Origin: Opitutales bacterium
Lineage (GTDB): Bacteria; Verrucomicrobiota; Verrucomicrobiia; Opitutales; UBA2987
Length of the DNA: 64,000 bases
Direction: 5' to 3'
Assembly (NCBI GenBank): GCA_965226885.1
Contig: CBDDEL010000016.1
Location: 128,001-192,000 of the forward strand
The notes beneath the pieces are model-generated. The model was given only the letters and a program-made list of their open reading frames with translations. It searched no databases and was not told where the DNA came from. Shown here piece by piece: positions 1 to 10,502 of the stretch (position 1 is the stretch's first letter; each line of letters begins with the position of its first letter). Both the position numbers and the translations under genes were made by a program.

Positions 1-522
1 TCCGCATCCGTAGCAGAGCAAATGAAAGAACACATAACCCACAGAATGTGGGAACTTCGCGGTCAGGAAGTGGACACCTTGAGGGTTGGACCGGAGGAAT
101 TGCTGCGCAAAGTGCCCTTTTTCAAGGACATACCAGAGAAGGAATTCGAAGCTATTGCGAAGCGAATGCAATCCCGATCCATTGGGGGAAAAGAAAATAT
201 TATTCGCCAGGGCGAAACCGGCGCGGCCCTCTTTTTAATCGCTCGCGGAGTGGTTCGAGTTTCCAGGGAAGACAAGGGAGAATCTCGCGATTTGGGCACC
301 CTTATGGCGGGAGATTTTTTCGGGGAAATGGCCCTGCTCCACGCAGAACCCCGCACCGCCACAGTACGCACGGTCACTCCATGCGCTCTCTACGAACTCC
401 ACCGCAACGACCTTAACGCAACCATCGAATCCCACCCTTCCATCCGCCAGGCGCTGGAAGAAAGCGACCGGCAAAGAAAAGCCGCACAGACGCAACCCGG
501 ATTTCCCGCAAAACCTTCGTGA
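1..522 (+). CDS. Cyclic-nucleotide-binding domain protein, C-terminal part (5'-partial)
   Basis: Frame open from base 1 (SASVAEQMKE...); CNB motifs IIRQGETG, GDFFGEMALL, PRTATVR. Confidence 0.85.
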   Translation, partial: SASVAEQMKEHITHRMWELRGQEVDTLRVGPEELLRKVPFFKDIPEKEFEAIAKRMQSRSIGGKENIIRQGETGAALFLIARGVVRVSREDKGESRDLGTLMAGDFFGEMALLHAEPRTATVRTVTPCALYELHRNDLNATIESHPSIRQALEESDRQRKAAQTQPGFPAKPS

Positions 523-1199
523 TACGGACCGTAGAACCGGAAATCCTTGACACTTTGGCCGAAGACGATCCGGCGGCTTTAAGAAACCGCAAGGATATTA
601 CCCATTTTAACATCTTGATGGGCAATTTTCATTGGTTTCGCCAAACCATGCAAAAACATCTTCAGGCCGAAGACAAGATTCTGGAAATCGGTGCCGGCGG
701 GGGCGAGACGGGTTCTTATCTGGCAAAGCGGCTGAATCACGATTTCCCCCTAAAAATTGACGGTCTCGATTTGTGGAGCCGTCCGCTAAACTGGCCGCAA
801 GGCTGGAACTGGCATCAGGCGGACTTGACCAATTTCGAAAATTACTCCCCCTACTCGTTTATAACGGCCAGCATGATTTTGCATCAATTCGAGGAATCCG
901 ATTTGCGCCGGTTAGGGGAAAAAATACGCCGCCATGCCCGCTTGATTCTGGCCAGTGAACCTGCCCGCAGTCGAGCCAGCCTGTTTCTGCTTAACCTCGG
1001 CAAACCCATTTTAAGGTATAACCGGGTTACCGAACACGATGCCCGTATCAGCATTCAGGCCGGTTTTCGCGATGACGAACTGCCCTGCATGCTGGGCCTG
1101 CCGCCGGAGGAATGGGATTGGACCTGCCGAACCGGTCTGCGGGGACAATACCGCATGATCGCCATCCGCAAAGAGAGAATCTCTGAACCACCGGCATGA
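519..1199 (+). CDS. Class I SAM-dependent methyltransferase
   Basis: ILEIGAGGGE motif I; GTG start overlaps upstream stop (GTGA). Confidence 0.8.
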   Translation: MIRTVEPEILDTLAEDDPAALRNRKDITHFNILMGNFHWFRQTMQKHLQAEDKILEIGAGGGETGSYLAKRLNHDFPLKIDGLDLWSRPLNWPQGWNWHQADLTNFENYSPYSFITASMILHQFEESDLRRLGEKIRRHARLILASEPARSRASLFLLNLGKPILRYNRVTEHDARISIQAGFRDDELPCMLGLPPEEWDWTCRTGLRGQYRMIAIRKERISEPPA

Positions 1200-2212
1200 A
1201 GACCATTAGCATTGTGGGAGGCGGACTGGCGGGCCTTTCCCTCGGCATTGCCCTTCGCAAGCGCTCGGTGCCCGTTTCCCTTTTTGAGGCCGGCGAATTT
1301 CCCCGCCATAAAGTTTGCGGAGAATTCATGGCCGGGGTAACCGGCAATACCCTGGAAGAATTGGGCATCGCCGAACACATGGAGGGAGCCGGCAAACTTA
1401 AAACCACGGCCTGGTTTTATCGTGACAAGCTTGACCGCAAAGAGGACCTGCCACGACCGGCCATTGCCCTATCTCGTTACACCTTGGATAATCGAATGGC
1501 GCATAAATTTCGACAGTTGGGGGGCGATCTGCAAACCGGAAACCGGTTTTCCAGTAAAGACGATGCCCCCGGGCAGGTGTGGGCTACGGGTAGAAAAAAA
1601 GGGAAACCTCTCTGGTTGGGGTTAAAAATTCACAGCCTCGACTTTCCCCTCCAGAGCGACCTCGAATTGCACCTCGGCAACTACGCCTATGCCGGCGCTT
1701 CGCCCGTCGAAAATGGGCGCGTAAACGTCTGCGGCCTGTTCCGGCGTCGGCCGGAAATAAAAGGTGAAAAAAAGAACCTCCTTCAGCTCTACCTCAAAGC
1801 TTGCGGCATGAATTCGCTGGCAGACCGTCTGGCCCGCACCCGCACCGACCCGCAAAGCGCCTGCGCCGTGGCGGGAATCGATTTCGCTCCGGCAGAACGC
1901 TCGAACAAACGCCTCTACCTCGGAGACCGCTATGGAATGATTCCTCCATTTACGGGAAACGGCATGTCCATGGCCATCGAGTCCGCCGCCCTGGCCGTCG
2001 ATCCTCTGACCGATTTTGCCTCTGGAAAAGAATGCTGGACGGTTGCCGTGAAAAACATCAATTTGCGCCTACGAAAACGATTTCGCGTGCGGCTGTGCCT
2101 GTCCCACCTTATCCATCCAATGCTTTATCATCCTAAGTGCCAACCCATTCTTGTCATGGCGAACCGGGCCCGGCTCCTGCCATTTCAAACCTTATACAAC
2201 CACCTGCATTGA
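1196..2212 (+). CDS. FAD-dependent oxidoreductase/monooxygenase
   Basis: GGGLAG Rossmann motif, RHKVCGE, GD...IPPFTGNGMSMA; ATGA overlap. Confidence 0.85.
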   Translation: MKTISIVGGGLAGLSLGIALRKRSVPVSLFEAGEFPRHKVCGEFMAGVTGNTLEELGIAEHMEGAGKLKTTAWFYRDKLDRKEDLPRPAIALSRYTLDNRMAHKFRQLGGDLQTGNRFSSKDDAPGQVWATGRKKGKPLWLGLKIHSLDFPLQSDLELHLGNYAYAGASPVENGRVNVCGLFRRRPEIKGEKKNLLQLYLKACGMNSLADRLARTRTDPQSACAVAGIDFAPAERSNKRLYLGDRYGMIPPFTGNGMSMAIESAALAVDPLTDFASGKECWTVAVKNINLRLRKRFRVRLCLSHLIHPMLYHPKCQPILVMANRARLLPFQTLYNHLH

Positions 2213-2227
2213 TTTGCCCCTAGCTAA

Positions 2228-3256
2228 ATGTATCTTCAATCCATTTCTAACCTAGTTCCCCCGCAGGCGCTGACCCAGGAAACCTGTTGGGATATTTTTA
2301 AAAATTCCCCCACCGCCAAACGCTTGCAGCCACGATCCGTCAGCCTCGTGCGGAAAATCTTGAAAGGCGACAGCGGCATAGATAAGCGGCATTTCGCCCT
2401 CGACGACCTCGAAAACCTGTTTGAACTCGACGCCGAATCGCTCAATCGATGCTTCGAGCATGAAGCCCCCAAACTGGCCCGCCAGGCACTGGTCAAAGCC
2501 CTCCATAAAGCGGAACTGAAACCACAGGAGATCAACGCCCTTTTCATTTGCACCTGCACCGGTTACATATGCCCCGGCGTGACCAGTTATGTGGCCGAAC
2601 AGACCGCCATGAGGCGCAATACCTACTTGCAGGATATCGTCGGCCTGGGCTGTGGGGCGGCCATTCCCACTTTGCGCAGCGCCAGTAATTTTTTAAGCGC
2701 TTACCCTGAGGCCAAGGTGGCGGTCATAGCTGTCGAAATTTGCTCAGCCGCTTTTTATATGGATGACGATCCGGGAGTGCTCATCAGCGCCTGTCTTTTC
2801 GGGGACGGCGCCTCAGCCTCCATCTGGTCGAACGACAGGGACAAAACCGGATTGCATTGCAATAATTTCGACCTGATCCACCTGCCGGAAGACCGGGACC
2901 TTCTGCGATTTGTCAATCGCCTGGGAAAACTTTGCAATAAGCTCCACAAAACCGTCCCCCAAAAGGCGGCCCAGGCAGTCAATGCTCTTTACGGCAAATT
3001 GAACGGCACGGAAATCAGCCAGGTCATCAGCCATGCCGGAGGCAGAGACGTTTTAGAAGCCATTCAGAATATAATCCCTGAATTCAAGTTGAAGGAAAGC
3101 GCAAAAATTTTAAGACAATTCGGTAATATGAGCAGCCCATCCGTTCTGTTCGCCCTGGATGAATTCTTAACCAACAACACGGTGAAAAAAAACCTTTGGT
3201 TGACCTCTTTCGGGGCCGGATTTTCCTGCCATTCCTGCCTCGTTTCTCCCCCTTGA
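2228..3256 (+). CDS. Type III polyketide synthase (chalcone/stilbene synthase family)
   Basis: Catalytic Cys (GLGCGAA), His (SHAGG), Asn (FGNMSS); LFGDGASA; FGAGF. Confidence 0.9.
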   Translation: MYLQSISNLVPPQALTQETCWDIFKNSPTAKRLQPRSVSLVRKILKGDSGIDKRHFALDDLENLFELDAESLNRCFEHEAPKLARQALVKALHKAELKPQEINALFICTCTGYICPGVTSYVAEQTAMRRNTYLQDIVGLGCGAAIPTLRSASNFLSAYPEAKVAVIAVEICSAAFYMDDDPGVLISACLFGDGASASIWSNDRDKTGLHCNNFDLIHLPEDRDLLRFVNRLGKLCNKLHKTVPQKAAQAVNALYGKLNGTEISQVISHAGGRDVLEAIQNIIPEFKLKESAKILRQFGNMSSPSVLFALDEFLTNNTVKKNLWLTSFGAGFSCHSCLVSPP

Positions 3257-3265
3257 TTCCTCAGA

Positions 3266-3909
3266 ATGGCAAACGCCGGAAATGAAAGCCATCACAAGCC
3301 GGGAGATGAAAACGGTCCATGGCGGCTTCGGCTGGACTATAATTCTCCGGTCATCCTGACCTTTACGCTACTCTGTGGATTGATTTTTATATTAGATCGC
3401 TCTTCCAGTGGATGGTTCAGCCTCAACCTGTTTTCCATTTCTCCCGGCTTTACATTAACGGAATACGTTCATTATCCGAAATTAGTGGGTCATGTTTTCG
3501 GACACGCCAGCGCCCAGCATTTGACCCTCAACCTTTCCATCATCCTGCTGGTCGGCCCCATACTGGAAGAAAAATACGGCCCTTGGCCGTTGCTGACCAT
3601 GATTGCCATTACGGCGCTACGGCGCTGGCCACCGGTTTGCTTCATGTGCTCTTTTTTTCCTACGGTCTGCTCGGCGCCAGTGGGATCGCATTTATGCTCA
3701 TTTTGCTGAGTTCTTTTGCCAATGCCAAAGCCGGAACCATTCCCCTCACCTTCGTCCTCATCCTGATTCTTTATCTCGGAAATGAATTTTTAAGCTCCGC
3801 AAACGAAGACAACATTTCTCATTTCGCCCATATCCTGGGTGGAATTTGCGGGAGCCTTTTCGGTTTTTTCAAATCGTGGAATCTTCCACCGCGACGTATG
3901 GAAGATTGA
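3266..3909 (+). pseudogene. Rhomboid intramembrane serine protease, frameshifted
   Basis: Removing one copy of TACGGCGC x2 (3610-3625) fuses the two ORFs into one with H..H...N, GASG and HFAH motifs. Confidence 0.85.
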
Positions 3910-4579
3910 CTTTTCCATTCCGCATTTCTTCCACCAAAACTGACAAGGACTCAAAGATTCCATGGGCCATGCGCTCGATTTCCGGGGTCGGCACGATCAG
4001 GTCGGGTATCATGAAAACAGTCATCCCGGCGGCAATAGCGGCACGCACACCCATTTCGGAATCCTCCAGAACGAGGCATTTTTCAGGCTCGGTCTGCAAT
4101 AATTCAGCCACTCGCAGAAAAATATCCGGCGCTGGTTTGCCATTTTCCACTTCATCACCCGCAACGACAAACTCAAACCTCTCCGCCAAACCCGTCGAAT
4201 CCAGCTTATGCTCAGCCAGTGTTCTGCGCGTGGAGGTGCCCACCCCACTGGGAATTCCCTCCACTTCCAGGTAGTCCAGCATCTCGAAAACCCCCGGTTT
4301 AACCGGCGCTGGTTTTTCCCGAAGCATTTCACAATAGTGAATATTGGCACGTTCAAGAAATAAATCGATGGGAAAAGTTTCCTCCAACTTAGCCCGAAAC
4401 AAGGTTTTAATACCTTTAGAATTACGACCGATAGCCTGCAAAGAGAGAGATGGCGGGATGGCAAAGCCAAGCTCCCTGCCCGCTATCTGCCAAGCCAACT
4501 GGCTGATCGGCTCGGTATCGAGCATCAAGCCATCCATGTCGAAAATAACCGCTTCAATAGAATTTTTCATCTTCCCCAC
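3869..4579 (-). CDS. HAD-family phosphatase
   Basis: FDMDGLMLDTE, GKPAPDIF, LEDSEMG. Confidence 0.9.
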   Translation of the reverse strand: MGKMKNSIEAVIFDMDGLMLDTEPISQLAWQIAGRELGFAIPPSLSLQAIGRNSKGIKTLFRAKLEETFPIDLFLERANIHYCEMLREKPAPVKPGVFEMLDYLEVEGIPSGVGTSTRRTLAEHKLDSTGLAERFEFVVAGDEVENGKPAPDIFLRVAELLQTEPEKCLVLEDSEMGVRAAIAAGMTVFMIPDLIVPTPEIERMAHGIFESLSVLVEEMRNGKVNLPYVAVEDSTI

Positions 4580-4619
4580 TGCTTATGGAGAACCAAAGTT
4601 TAACTGTCAAAGCGTCAAA

Positions 4620-5174
4620 TTATTCCGAAATCTCTTTTTCGGCGTATTCTGCCGCTGTCATCATGTAGGAGGAATGTTGGAGGCCGGTGGGCGCATAAAA
4701 TTCATCATGGGTGTAGCGGAATCCAAGTTTTTTGAGCAAATGGGCGGAAGCTTCATTTTTGGGATGATGGCCCGCGAACAGGCTGTTTACTATCACCGTT
4801 TTAAAAGCATGGTCCATAACGGCTCGGGCTGCTTCGAAAGCATAACCTTTCCGCCAAAACCGGGGGCGGACTTGAAAACCAATTTCGTAAATTCCCTTGG
4901 GCAGGTCGTAAGGCCTCAGCCCGCAGCAGCCGGCATGTTCATCATCGCAAAGAATAAAAATGGGCCAGTACTGGACCCCGCAAAACTCCGCATTGGCCAC
5001 TTCCCGCCGAATCCTGTCCCTGGCCTGCTGCCGGGTGAGCAATCCATGCGCGTCGATCAATCGCGTAACTGCCCGATCCCCCCAAAGTCCGAAGGCCAGA
5101 TCGAGATCGTCCAGCGTCCAAAGCCGAAACCCCAGACGCTCTGTGCGAAGGAAATACGAGGGCTTGTGCGACAT
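4620..5174 (-). CDS. GNAT N-acetyltransferase (RimJ/RimL type)
   Basis: LRTERL, EIGF...FWRKGYAFEAA, N.AS..LLKKLGF. Confidence 0.85.
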   Translation of the reverse strand: MSHKPSYFLRTERLGFRLWTLDDLDLAFGLWGDRAVTRLIDAHGLLTRQQARDRIRREVANAEFCGVQYWPIFILCDDEHAGCCGLRPYDLPKGIYEIGFQVRPRFWRKGYAFEAARAVMDHAFKTVIVNSLFAGHHPKNEASAHLLKKLGFRYTHDEFYAPTGLQHSSYMMTAAEYAEKEISE

Positions 5175-5198
5175 GGCATAAGAAATATACTAATATAA

Positions 5199-5288
5199 TG
5201 GCGGAAGGGGAGGGATTCGAACCCCCGGTACCCTTTCGGGCACTCTGGTTTTCAAGACCAGCGCATTCGACCACTCTGCCACCCTTCC
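5199..5288 (-). tRNA. tRNA-Ser (anticodon TGA)
   Basis: GGAAGGG/CCCTTCC acceptor stem, G-CCA end, anticodon arm CTGGT-CT-TGA-AA-ACCAG, long variable arm, GTTCGAATC. Confidence 0.97.
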
Positions 5289-5494
5289 CTGCGGGTCTGG
5301 AAATATTCGATTGCCGTTTAAAAAAGCAGACGGCCTTGTTTCGGCTTGGTTATATGATTCCACTTTTTACAAGTTTACGAGGCTAAAATAGACGGTTTGC
5401 ATGGCCGGTTTTTCTTCTCGACCTACCGCAATCGGTTACTTTAGATAGTCCTCAATAGCATGGGTAGTGGCAATTAGGAGCTCATTAGGAGCTC

Positions 5495-6640
5495 ATGTTT
5501 CTGGATGAATCCTATCGCAGAATATTGGGAATTATGGAAATATCAGAACATCCGTTTTTCGATCGTGTTGACAAAGAACAGGTTGATGCACTGGTTACGG
5601 CCGCTAAAATCGAGCATTATCAGCCCGACACGATAATATTCGAGCAAGGCAGTCCCTCCGAAGGACTGGACTTGGTGTTGGAGGGAGAAGTTGCCTTTTG
5701 CAAGTTGATGGACGACGGTAAATCCCGCGTCGTCGGGTATTCCAAAGCGGGCACATTTTTTGGCGAAATCGGCCTCTTTACAGAACAGCCGCGGGCCTTA
5801 CGGGCCGAATCCAGGGGCAATGTCGTGATTGCCAACATTCCCCGCAATGCCCTTTTGGGGTTTTTCAAACGAACTGAAGGTCCCTTCGACAGTATCCTGC
5901 AAAGCATTATCAACCATCTCAACGAAACCACCCGCCACTATATGGAAGACATGCTCCAGCAGGAAAAACTCTCCATGGTGGGCACCATGATGAACACTAT
6001 CATTCACGATTTCAAAAACCCCTTTTGCCTCATCAGCCTGGGCGCTCAATTGATGGCCCAAATGCACCCCGACGAACGTTCGCAAAAATTGTGCCGCAAT
6101 ATCGACGACCAAATCACACGCATGGTCGAAATGGCGGAGGAATTGAACGCTTTCTCCCGCGGCGATCAAAACCTGCAATTAGCGCCCATCTACCTGAATC
6201 GAATGATCGAACGTTTCAAGGAGCTGAATTTTCCCTATTTTCAGAACGAAAAAATAACGGTCGAAATTTCACTCCCCGACATCGTAATCGAAGGGGAGGA
6301 AAACAAGCTGCTGCGGATTTTGCAAAACCTGGTCGGCAACGCCATTGACGCCTTTGGCGAGGATTCCGGTAAAATCACCATCACCGGGAAAGTCAAAGAC
6401 GATGACTTTTTGCATTTGGAAATTGCCGATAACGGCAACGGCATTCCCGAGAAGATTCAAGCCCGCTTCTTCGAGCCCTTCGTAACCTATGGCAAAAGCA
6501 AAGGCACCGGCCTCGGCACCGCCATCGTCAGGTCGGTGGTGACGGCCCACGGCGGGTCCATACACTTCGAAACCGAATCCGGCCAAGGCACCACCTTCTT
6601 CATCACCCTGCCCCCAAAACAAACGGTTGCCGCCTCCTGA
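5495..6640 (+). CDS. Histidine kinase with N-terminal cNMP-binding domain
   Basis: FFGEIGL..PR CNB motif; H-box HDFKNP; NLVGNAIDA, DNGNG, GTGLG. Start may be 5534. Confidence 0.9.
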   Translation: MFLDESYRRILGIMEISEHPFFDRVDKEQVDALVTAAKIEHYQPDTIIFEQGSPSEGLDLVLEGEVAFCKLMDDGKSRVVGYSKAGTFFGEIGLFTEQPRALRAESRGNVVIANIPRNALLGFFKRTEGPFDSILQSIINHLNETTRHYMEDMLQQEKLSMVGTMMNTIIHDFKNPFCLISLGAQLMAQMHPDERSQKLCRNIDDQITRMVEMAEELNAFSRGDQNLQLAPIYLNRMIERFKELNFPYFQNEKITVEISLPDIVIEGEENKLLRILQNLVGNAIDAFGEDSGKITITGKVKDDDFLHLEIADNGNGIPEKIQARFFEPFVTYGKSKGTGLGTAIVRSVVTAHGGSIHFETESGQGTTFFITLPPKQTVAAS

Positions 6641-7507
6641 GTGGGACTTGTTTTAAAAAGGGCAATGGATAACCCTATATTGATGAGAACAGGCCAACTT
6701 ATTGGAATATTATTTTATACTGGCCTCATTGCGTTATTATTGAACTGCGCCCGTGGGGCGGAATTGGATCCTTTTTTGAAGCGTTTGGAGGATTCTCCGA
6801 GGCATCATGAGTGGGTTTCATTGGAGGGGGCTGAGGGTAAGCTTTCCGCTTTTGTGGTTTATCCCGAAGTGAGCGGCAAGGCGCCCGCCGTTCTCGTTAT
6901 CCATGAGAACCGCGGATTGAACGATTGGGTGCGGAGTGTGGCCGACAAACTGGCCGAAAACGGCTACATCGCCATTGCTCCCGATCTTCTTTCGGGCAAA
7001 GGCCCCGGTGGTGGCAAGACGGCAGATTTCGCCAGTAGCGACGATGCCCGCAACGCGATTTACAAGCTGGATGCCAATGCCGTTACAATAAACCTTCAGG
7101 CTGCCGCCAATTATGTAAAAGCCCTGCCCTCTTGCAATGGCAAGCTGGCAGTGGGCGGTTTTTGCTGGGGCGGTTCGCAAACCTTCCGTTTCGCTACCGA
7201 TTACAAGAACCTTTCAGCGGCCTGTGTTTTTTACGGAACGGGACCAAATGAAGGCTTTAGTAATATCGATTGCCCTGTTTACGGTTTTTACGGAGGCAAC
7301 GACAACCGCGTCAACGCCACCATCGAAGGTTCCCAACAAGCCATGAAAAAGGCGGGCAAGGAATACCAGCCGGTTATTTACGAGGGCGCCCAGCATGCTT
7401 TCATGCGCCGGGGTGAATTGGCCACGGATGAGGAAGATGCCAACAGAAAAGCCCAATCCGAAGCATGGAAACGCTGGCTGGCCATATTAAGACCTTTTAA
7501 GGAATAA
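6641..7507 (+). CDS. Dienelactone hydrolase family protein, probably secreted
   Basis: HENRGLN, APDLL, GFCWGG, HAF; hydrophobic N-terminus; start uncertain. Confidence 0.88.
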   Translation: MGLVLKRAMDNPILMRTGQLIGILFYTGLIALLLNCARGAELDPFLKRLEDSPRHHEWVSLEGAEGKLSAFVVYPEVSGKAPAVLVIHENRGLNDWVRSVADKLAENGYIAIAPDLLSGKGPGGGKTADFASSDDARNAIYKLDANAVTINLQAAANYVKALPSCNGKLAVGGFCWGGSQTFRFATDYKNLSAACVFYGTGPNEGFSNIDCPVYGFYGGNDNRVNATIEGSQQAMKKAGKEYQPVIYEGAQHAFMRRGELATDEEDANRKAQSEAWKRWLAILRPFKE

Positions 7508-7526
7508 CGATCGAAAGTCAGCTATT

Positions 7527-9107
7527 TTATTTCGACTTTTTCTGCAATTTGTACTCGACCGAGTCCTTGAGGGCTTCCCAACTGGCTTCGATGATATTGT
7601 CGCTGGCGCCCACGGTTCCCCAGATTTCCTCCCCGTCGGTGGTCTCGATTTGCACCCGAATGCGCGCATCGGCACCCTTTCCGCTTTCCAGAATGCGGAC
7701 TTTGAAATCGCTTAAGGAAACTTTTTTTATTTCCGGGTAAGCTTTTACGAGAGCCTTGCGCAGGGCATGATCGAGTGCGCCAACCGGTCCCGTCGCCTCG
7801 GCCACTTCGTGGTGTTCTTCATCCCCGACTTTCAACTTGACGGTGGCTTCCGATACCATTTCCCCGCGCGCTTCATCCCGCTCCACGATTACCCGGTATC
7901 CGATCAGTTCAAAATACTCTTTCTTTTCCTTAAGCCATTTGGAGAGGAGCAGTTTGAATGAAGCGTCGGCCGCCTCATATTCGTAGCCCTGAAATTCCAA
8001 ACGTTTCAACTCGGCCAGAAATTCTTTCAGCGACTCTTCATTTTGCTCCATATTGACACCGATATTATGGGCCTTCATAATAATGCTGCTGCGGCCTGAC
8101 ATATCGGAAATGAGCACCCGCTGGTGATTGCCCACCAAAGCGGGGTCCACATGTTCATAGCTTCGGGCTACCTTGGAAGCCGCATTGGCATGCACCCCTC
8201 CTTTATGGGCGAAAGCGCTGGAACCGATAAAGGGCGCTTTGCTGTCGGGGCGCAAGTTAGCCAAATCGTCAACAAAGAAGGAAAGATCGCGCAGTTTTTC
8301 CAGGTTTTTACCGCAAGTGAGGGAAACACCCATTTTCACCACCAGATTGGGAATAATCGATGTCAGGTTGGCATTGCCGATCCTCTCCCCGAAACCGTTA
8401 AAGGTTCCCTGCACCATAATGGCGCCAGCTTCGACTCCGGCCAGCGATACGGCCACTCCCACTCCGGAATCGTTATGGCAGTGTACACCGATCTTTGCCT
8501 GCGGAAAATCGGTAATTACATCGGCGGTGATTTTCTTCAATTCTTGAACTAATTTACCACCGTTAGTATCGCAAAGCGCAATATAGGCAGCGCCGCCCTT
8601 TAGAGCGGCCTCAATCGTTTTCTTGGCATATTCTTTATCATCCGAGTAACCGTCGTAAAAATGTTCCGCATCGTAGATCACTTCCCTGCCCTCTTCGGCC
8701 AGAAAACGCACCGATTCCTCGATCATGTGAAGATTTTCGGCCGCTGTTGTGCGCAAAACTTCTTCTACGTGGAGCAGCCAGCTTTTCCCGAAAATGGTTA
8801 CAACCGGAGTTTCCGCCTCAAGCAGAAGTTTCAATTGGGGATCGTCTTCCGCTTTAATATTTGCCCGTCTTGTGGATCCAAAGGCAGCCAACTTGGCGTG
8901 ATTCAATTGCAGGTTTTTGGCTTTTTCAAAATAAGCCATGTCCCTCGGGTTGGATCCCGGCCATCCGCCCTCGATATAGTCGATCCCGAACTGATCCAGT
9001 TTCTCGGTCAATCTCAGTTTAGAAGAGACGGAAAAGGAGATTCCCTCGCCCTGAGTGCCGTCCCTCAAGGTGGTATCGTATATGAGAACGTGCTGCTTTT
9101 CACTCAT
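7527..9107 (-). CDS. cimA: Citramalate synthase
   Basis: DTTLRDGTQGEG, IEGGWPGSNP, HCHND, FAHKGGVH. Confidence 0.9.
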   Translation of the reverse strand: MSEKQHVLIYDTTLRDGTQGEGISFSVSSKLRLTEKLDQFGIDYIEGGWPGSNPRDMAYFEKAKNLQLNHAKLAAFGSTRRANIKAEDDPQLKLLLEAETPVVTIFGKSWLLHVEEVLRTTAAENLHMIEESVRFLAEEGREVIYDAEHFYDGYSDDKEYAKKTIEAALKGGAAYIALCDTNGGKLVQELKKITADVITDFPQAKIGVHCHNDSGVGVAVSLAGVEAGAIMVQGTFNGFGERIGNANLTSIIPNLVVKMGVSLTCGKNLEKLRDLSFFVDDLANLRPDSKAPFIGSSAFAHKGGVHANAASKVARSYEHVDPALVGNHQRVLISDMSGRSSIIMKAHNIGVNMEQNEESLKEFLAELKRLEFQGYEYEAADASFKLLLSKWLKEKKEYFELIGYRVIVERDEARGEMVSEATVKLKVGDEEHHEVAEATGPVGALDHALRKALVKAYPEIKKVSLSDFKVRILESGKGADARIRVQIETTDGEEIWGTVGASDNIIEASWEALKDSVEYKLQKKSK

Positions 9108-9135
9108 GTCGCTAAGTATTTAGTACCGTGGCCTA

Positions 9136-10497
9136 TCAAGCGGAAGAATGATGACGAATAAAATTCTGAATGTCTACTTTATCGGCTGAAATCGAATATT
9201 TGACAACCTTCCTGGTCTTCAATTTTTCCAGAGACTCCGCTTTGGCCTCAACACCGGTGGCCCGAAGAATGGTTTCCGGAAATTTGGCCGGGTGGGCCGT
9301 GGCAAGCAGAATGCTTGTTTTCCCTTCATCAATTTCCTTGAAAGAGCAAGCGGTATGAGGGTCCGCCAAATAACCGTATTTATCATAGACCCGGCCGATA
9401 ATCGCTTCAATATCTGCGTCCGTAGCGGCGGAACTGCTGAAGTTGTTCTTTTGAAAATCCTTGAATTCGTAGCAGCCGGTGGAATTGAATTCGCTCATAA
9501 CCTTGCGCACCCGTGAGCCATCCTCGCCTTCCGCGTAGTAGATAAAGCGCTCGAAATTGGACGCGACCTGGATATCCATGGAAGGCGCGCAACTGGGTTG
9601 GAGTTTTCCCAATTCATAACATCCCGAACGGAAAAGCCGGTGCAGGATGTCATTCTGGTTGGTGGCTATCTTAAAACCGGCAACGGACAGTCCCATCTTG
9701 CTGGCCAACCAGCCGGCCAGCACATTCCCGAAATTTCCCGTCGGTACGACAAATTCGACACCGTCCCTTTTTTCGGACGGAAGCTGAAACCAAGCATAAA
9801 TGTAATATACGCATTGGGCGATGATCCGCGCCAGATTAATCGAATTTACGGCTGATAGCCCGAACTGCTGTTTAAACGGTTCTTCTTCGAATACTTCCTT
9901 GAGGACATTCTGGGCATCATCGAACGATCCCTCAATGGACAGGGGGAATACATTATCGGCCCCCGTGCAGGTCATTTGGCGTTCCTGCAATGGGGAGACA
10001 CGGCCCTCGGGATATAGGATAAAAATATTAACTCCCTCCTTGCCCAAAAGCCCATGGATGGCGGCCGCTCCCGTATCGCCGGAGGTGGCGCCCAGGATAT
10101 TCAGTTGTTTGCCGTCAACGCGTATTTGCTCTTCATAAAGGTTGCCCAGCAATTGCAGGGCGAAATCCTTGAAGGCCAGGGTGGGGCCATGAAACAACTC
10201 AAGGACATGGAGATTTTCCTCAAGCTGCACCAACGGCGCCACTTTTTCATGGTCAAATTTTCCATAAGAATTGAAAACAACCGACCGCAGGGTGTCTTCA
10301 TCCATATCGGTCGCAAAAAGCCGAAAAAAGGCAAAGGTCAGCTCCCGGTAGGAAAGGCTCTCCCATTTTCCCAAATCGGGAGCGATATCGGGCAGTTCTT
10401 CCGGTAAAAAAAGGCCTCCGTCTGGAGCCAGGCCGGTGGCCACTGCCTGGGAGAAACCGACCGGCGGGCATTGCCCTCGCGTGCTCACATACCTCAT
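9136..10497 (-). CDS. thrC: Threonine synthase
   Basis: YVSTRG, ELFHGPTLAFKDFA, ATSGDTG, VPTGNFGN. Confidence 0.96.
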   Translation of the reverse strand: MRYVSTRGQCPPVGFSQAVATGLAPDGGLFLPEELPDIAPDLGKWESLSYRELTFAFFRLFATDMDEDTLRSVVFNSYGKFDHEKVAPLVQLEENLHVLELFHGPTLAFKDFALQLLGNLYEEQIRVDGKQLNILGATSGDTGAAAIHGLLGKEGVNIFILYPEGRVSPLQERQMTCTGADNVFPLSIEGSFDDAQNVLKEVFEEEPFKQQFGLSAVNSINLARIIAQCVYYIYAWFQLPSEKRDGVEFVVPTGNFGNVLAGWLASKMGLSVAGFKIATNQNDILHRLFRSGCYELGKLQPSCAPSMDIQVASNFERFIYYAEGEDGSRVRKVMSEFNSTGCYEFKDFQKNNFSSSAATDADIEAIIGRVYDKYGYLADPHTACSFKEIDEGKTSILLATAHPAKFPETILRATGVEAKAESLEKLKTRKVVKYSISADKVDIQNFIRHHSSA

Positions 10498-10502
10498 TGA
10501 AC

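Noticed and set aside
4620..5288. Island integrated at tRNA-Ser
   Set aside because: No integrase and no duplicated tRNA 3' end seen in the window
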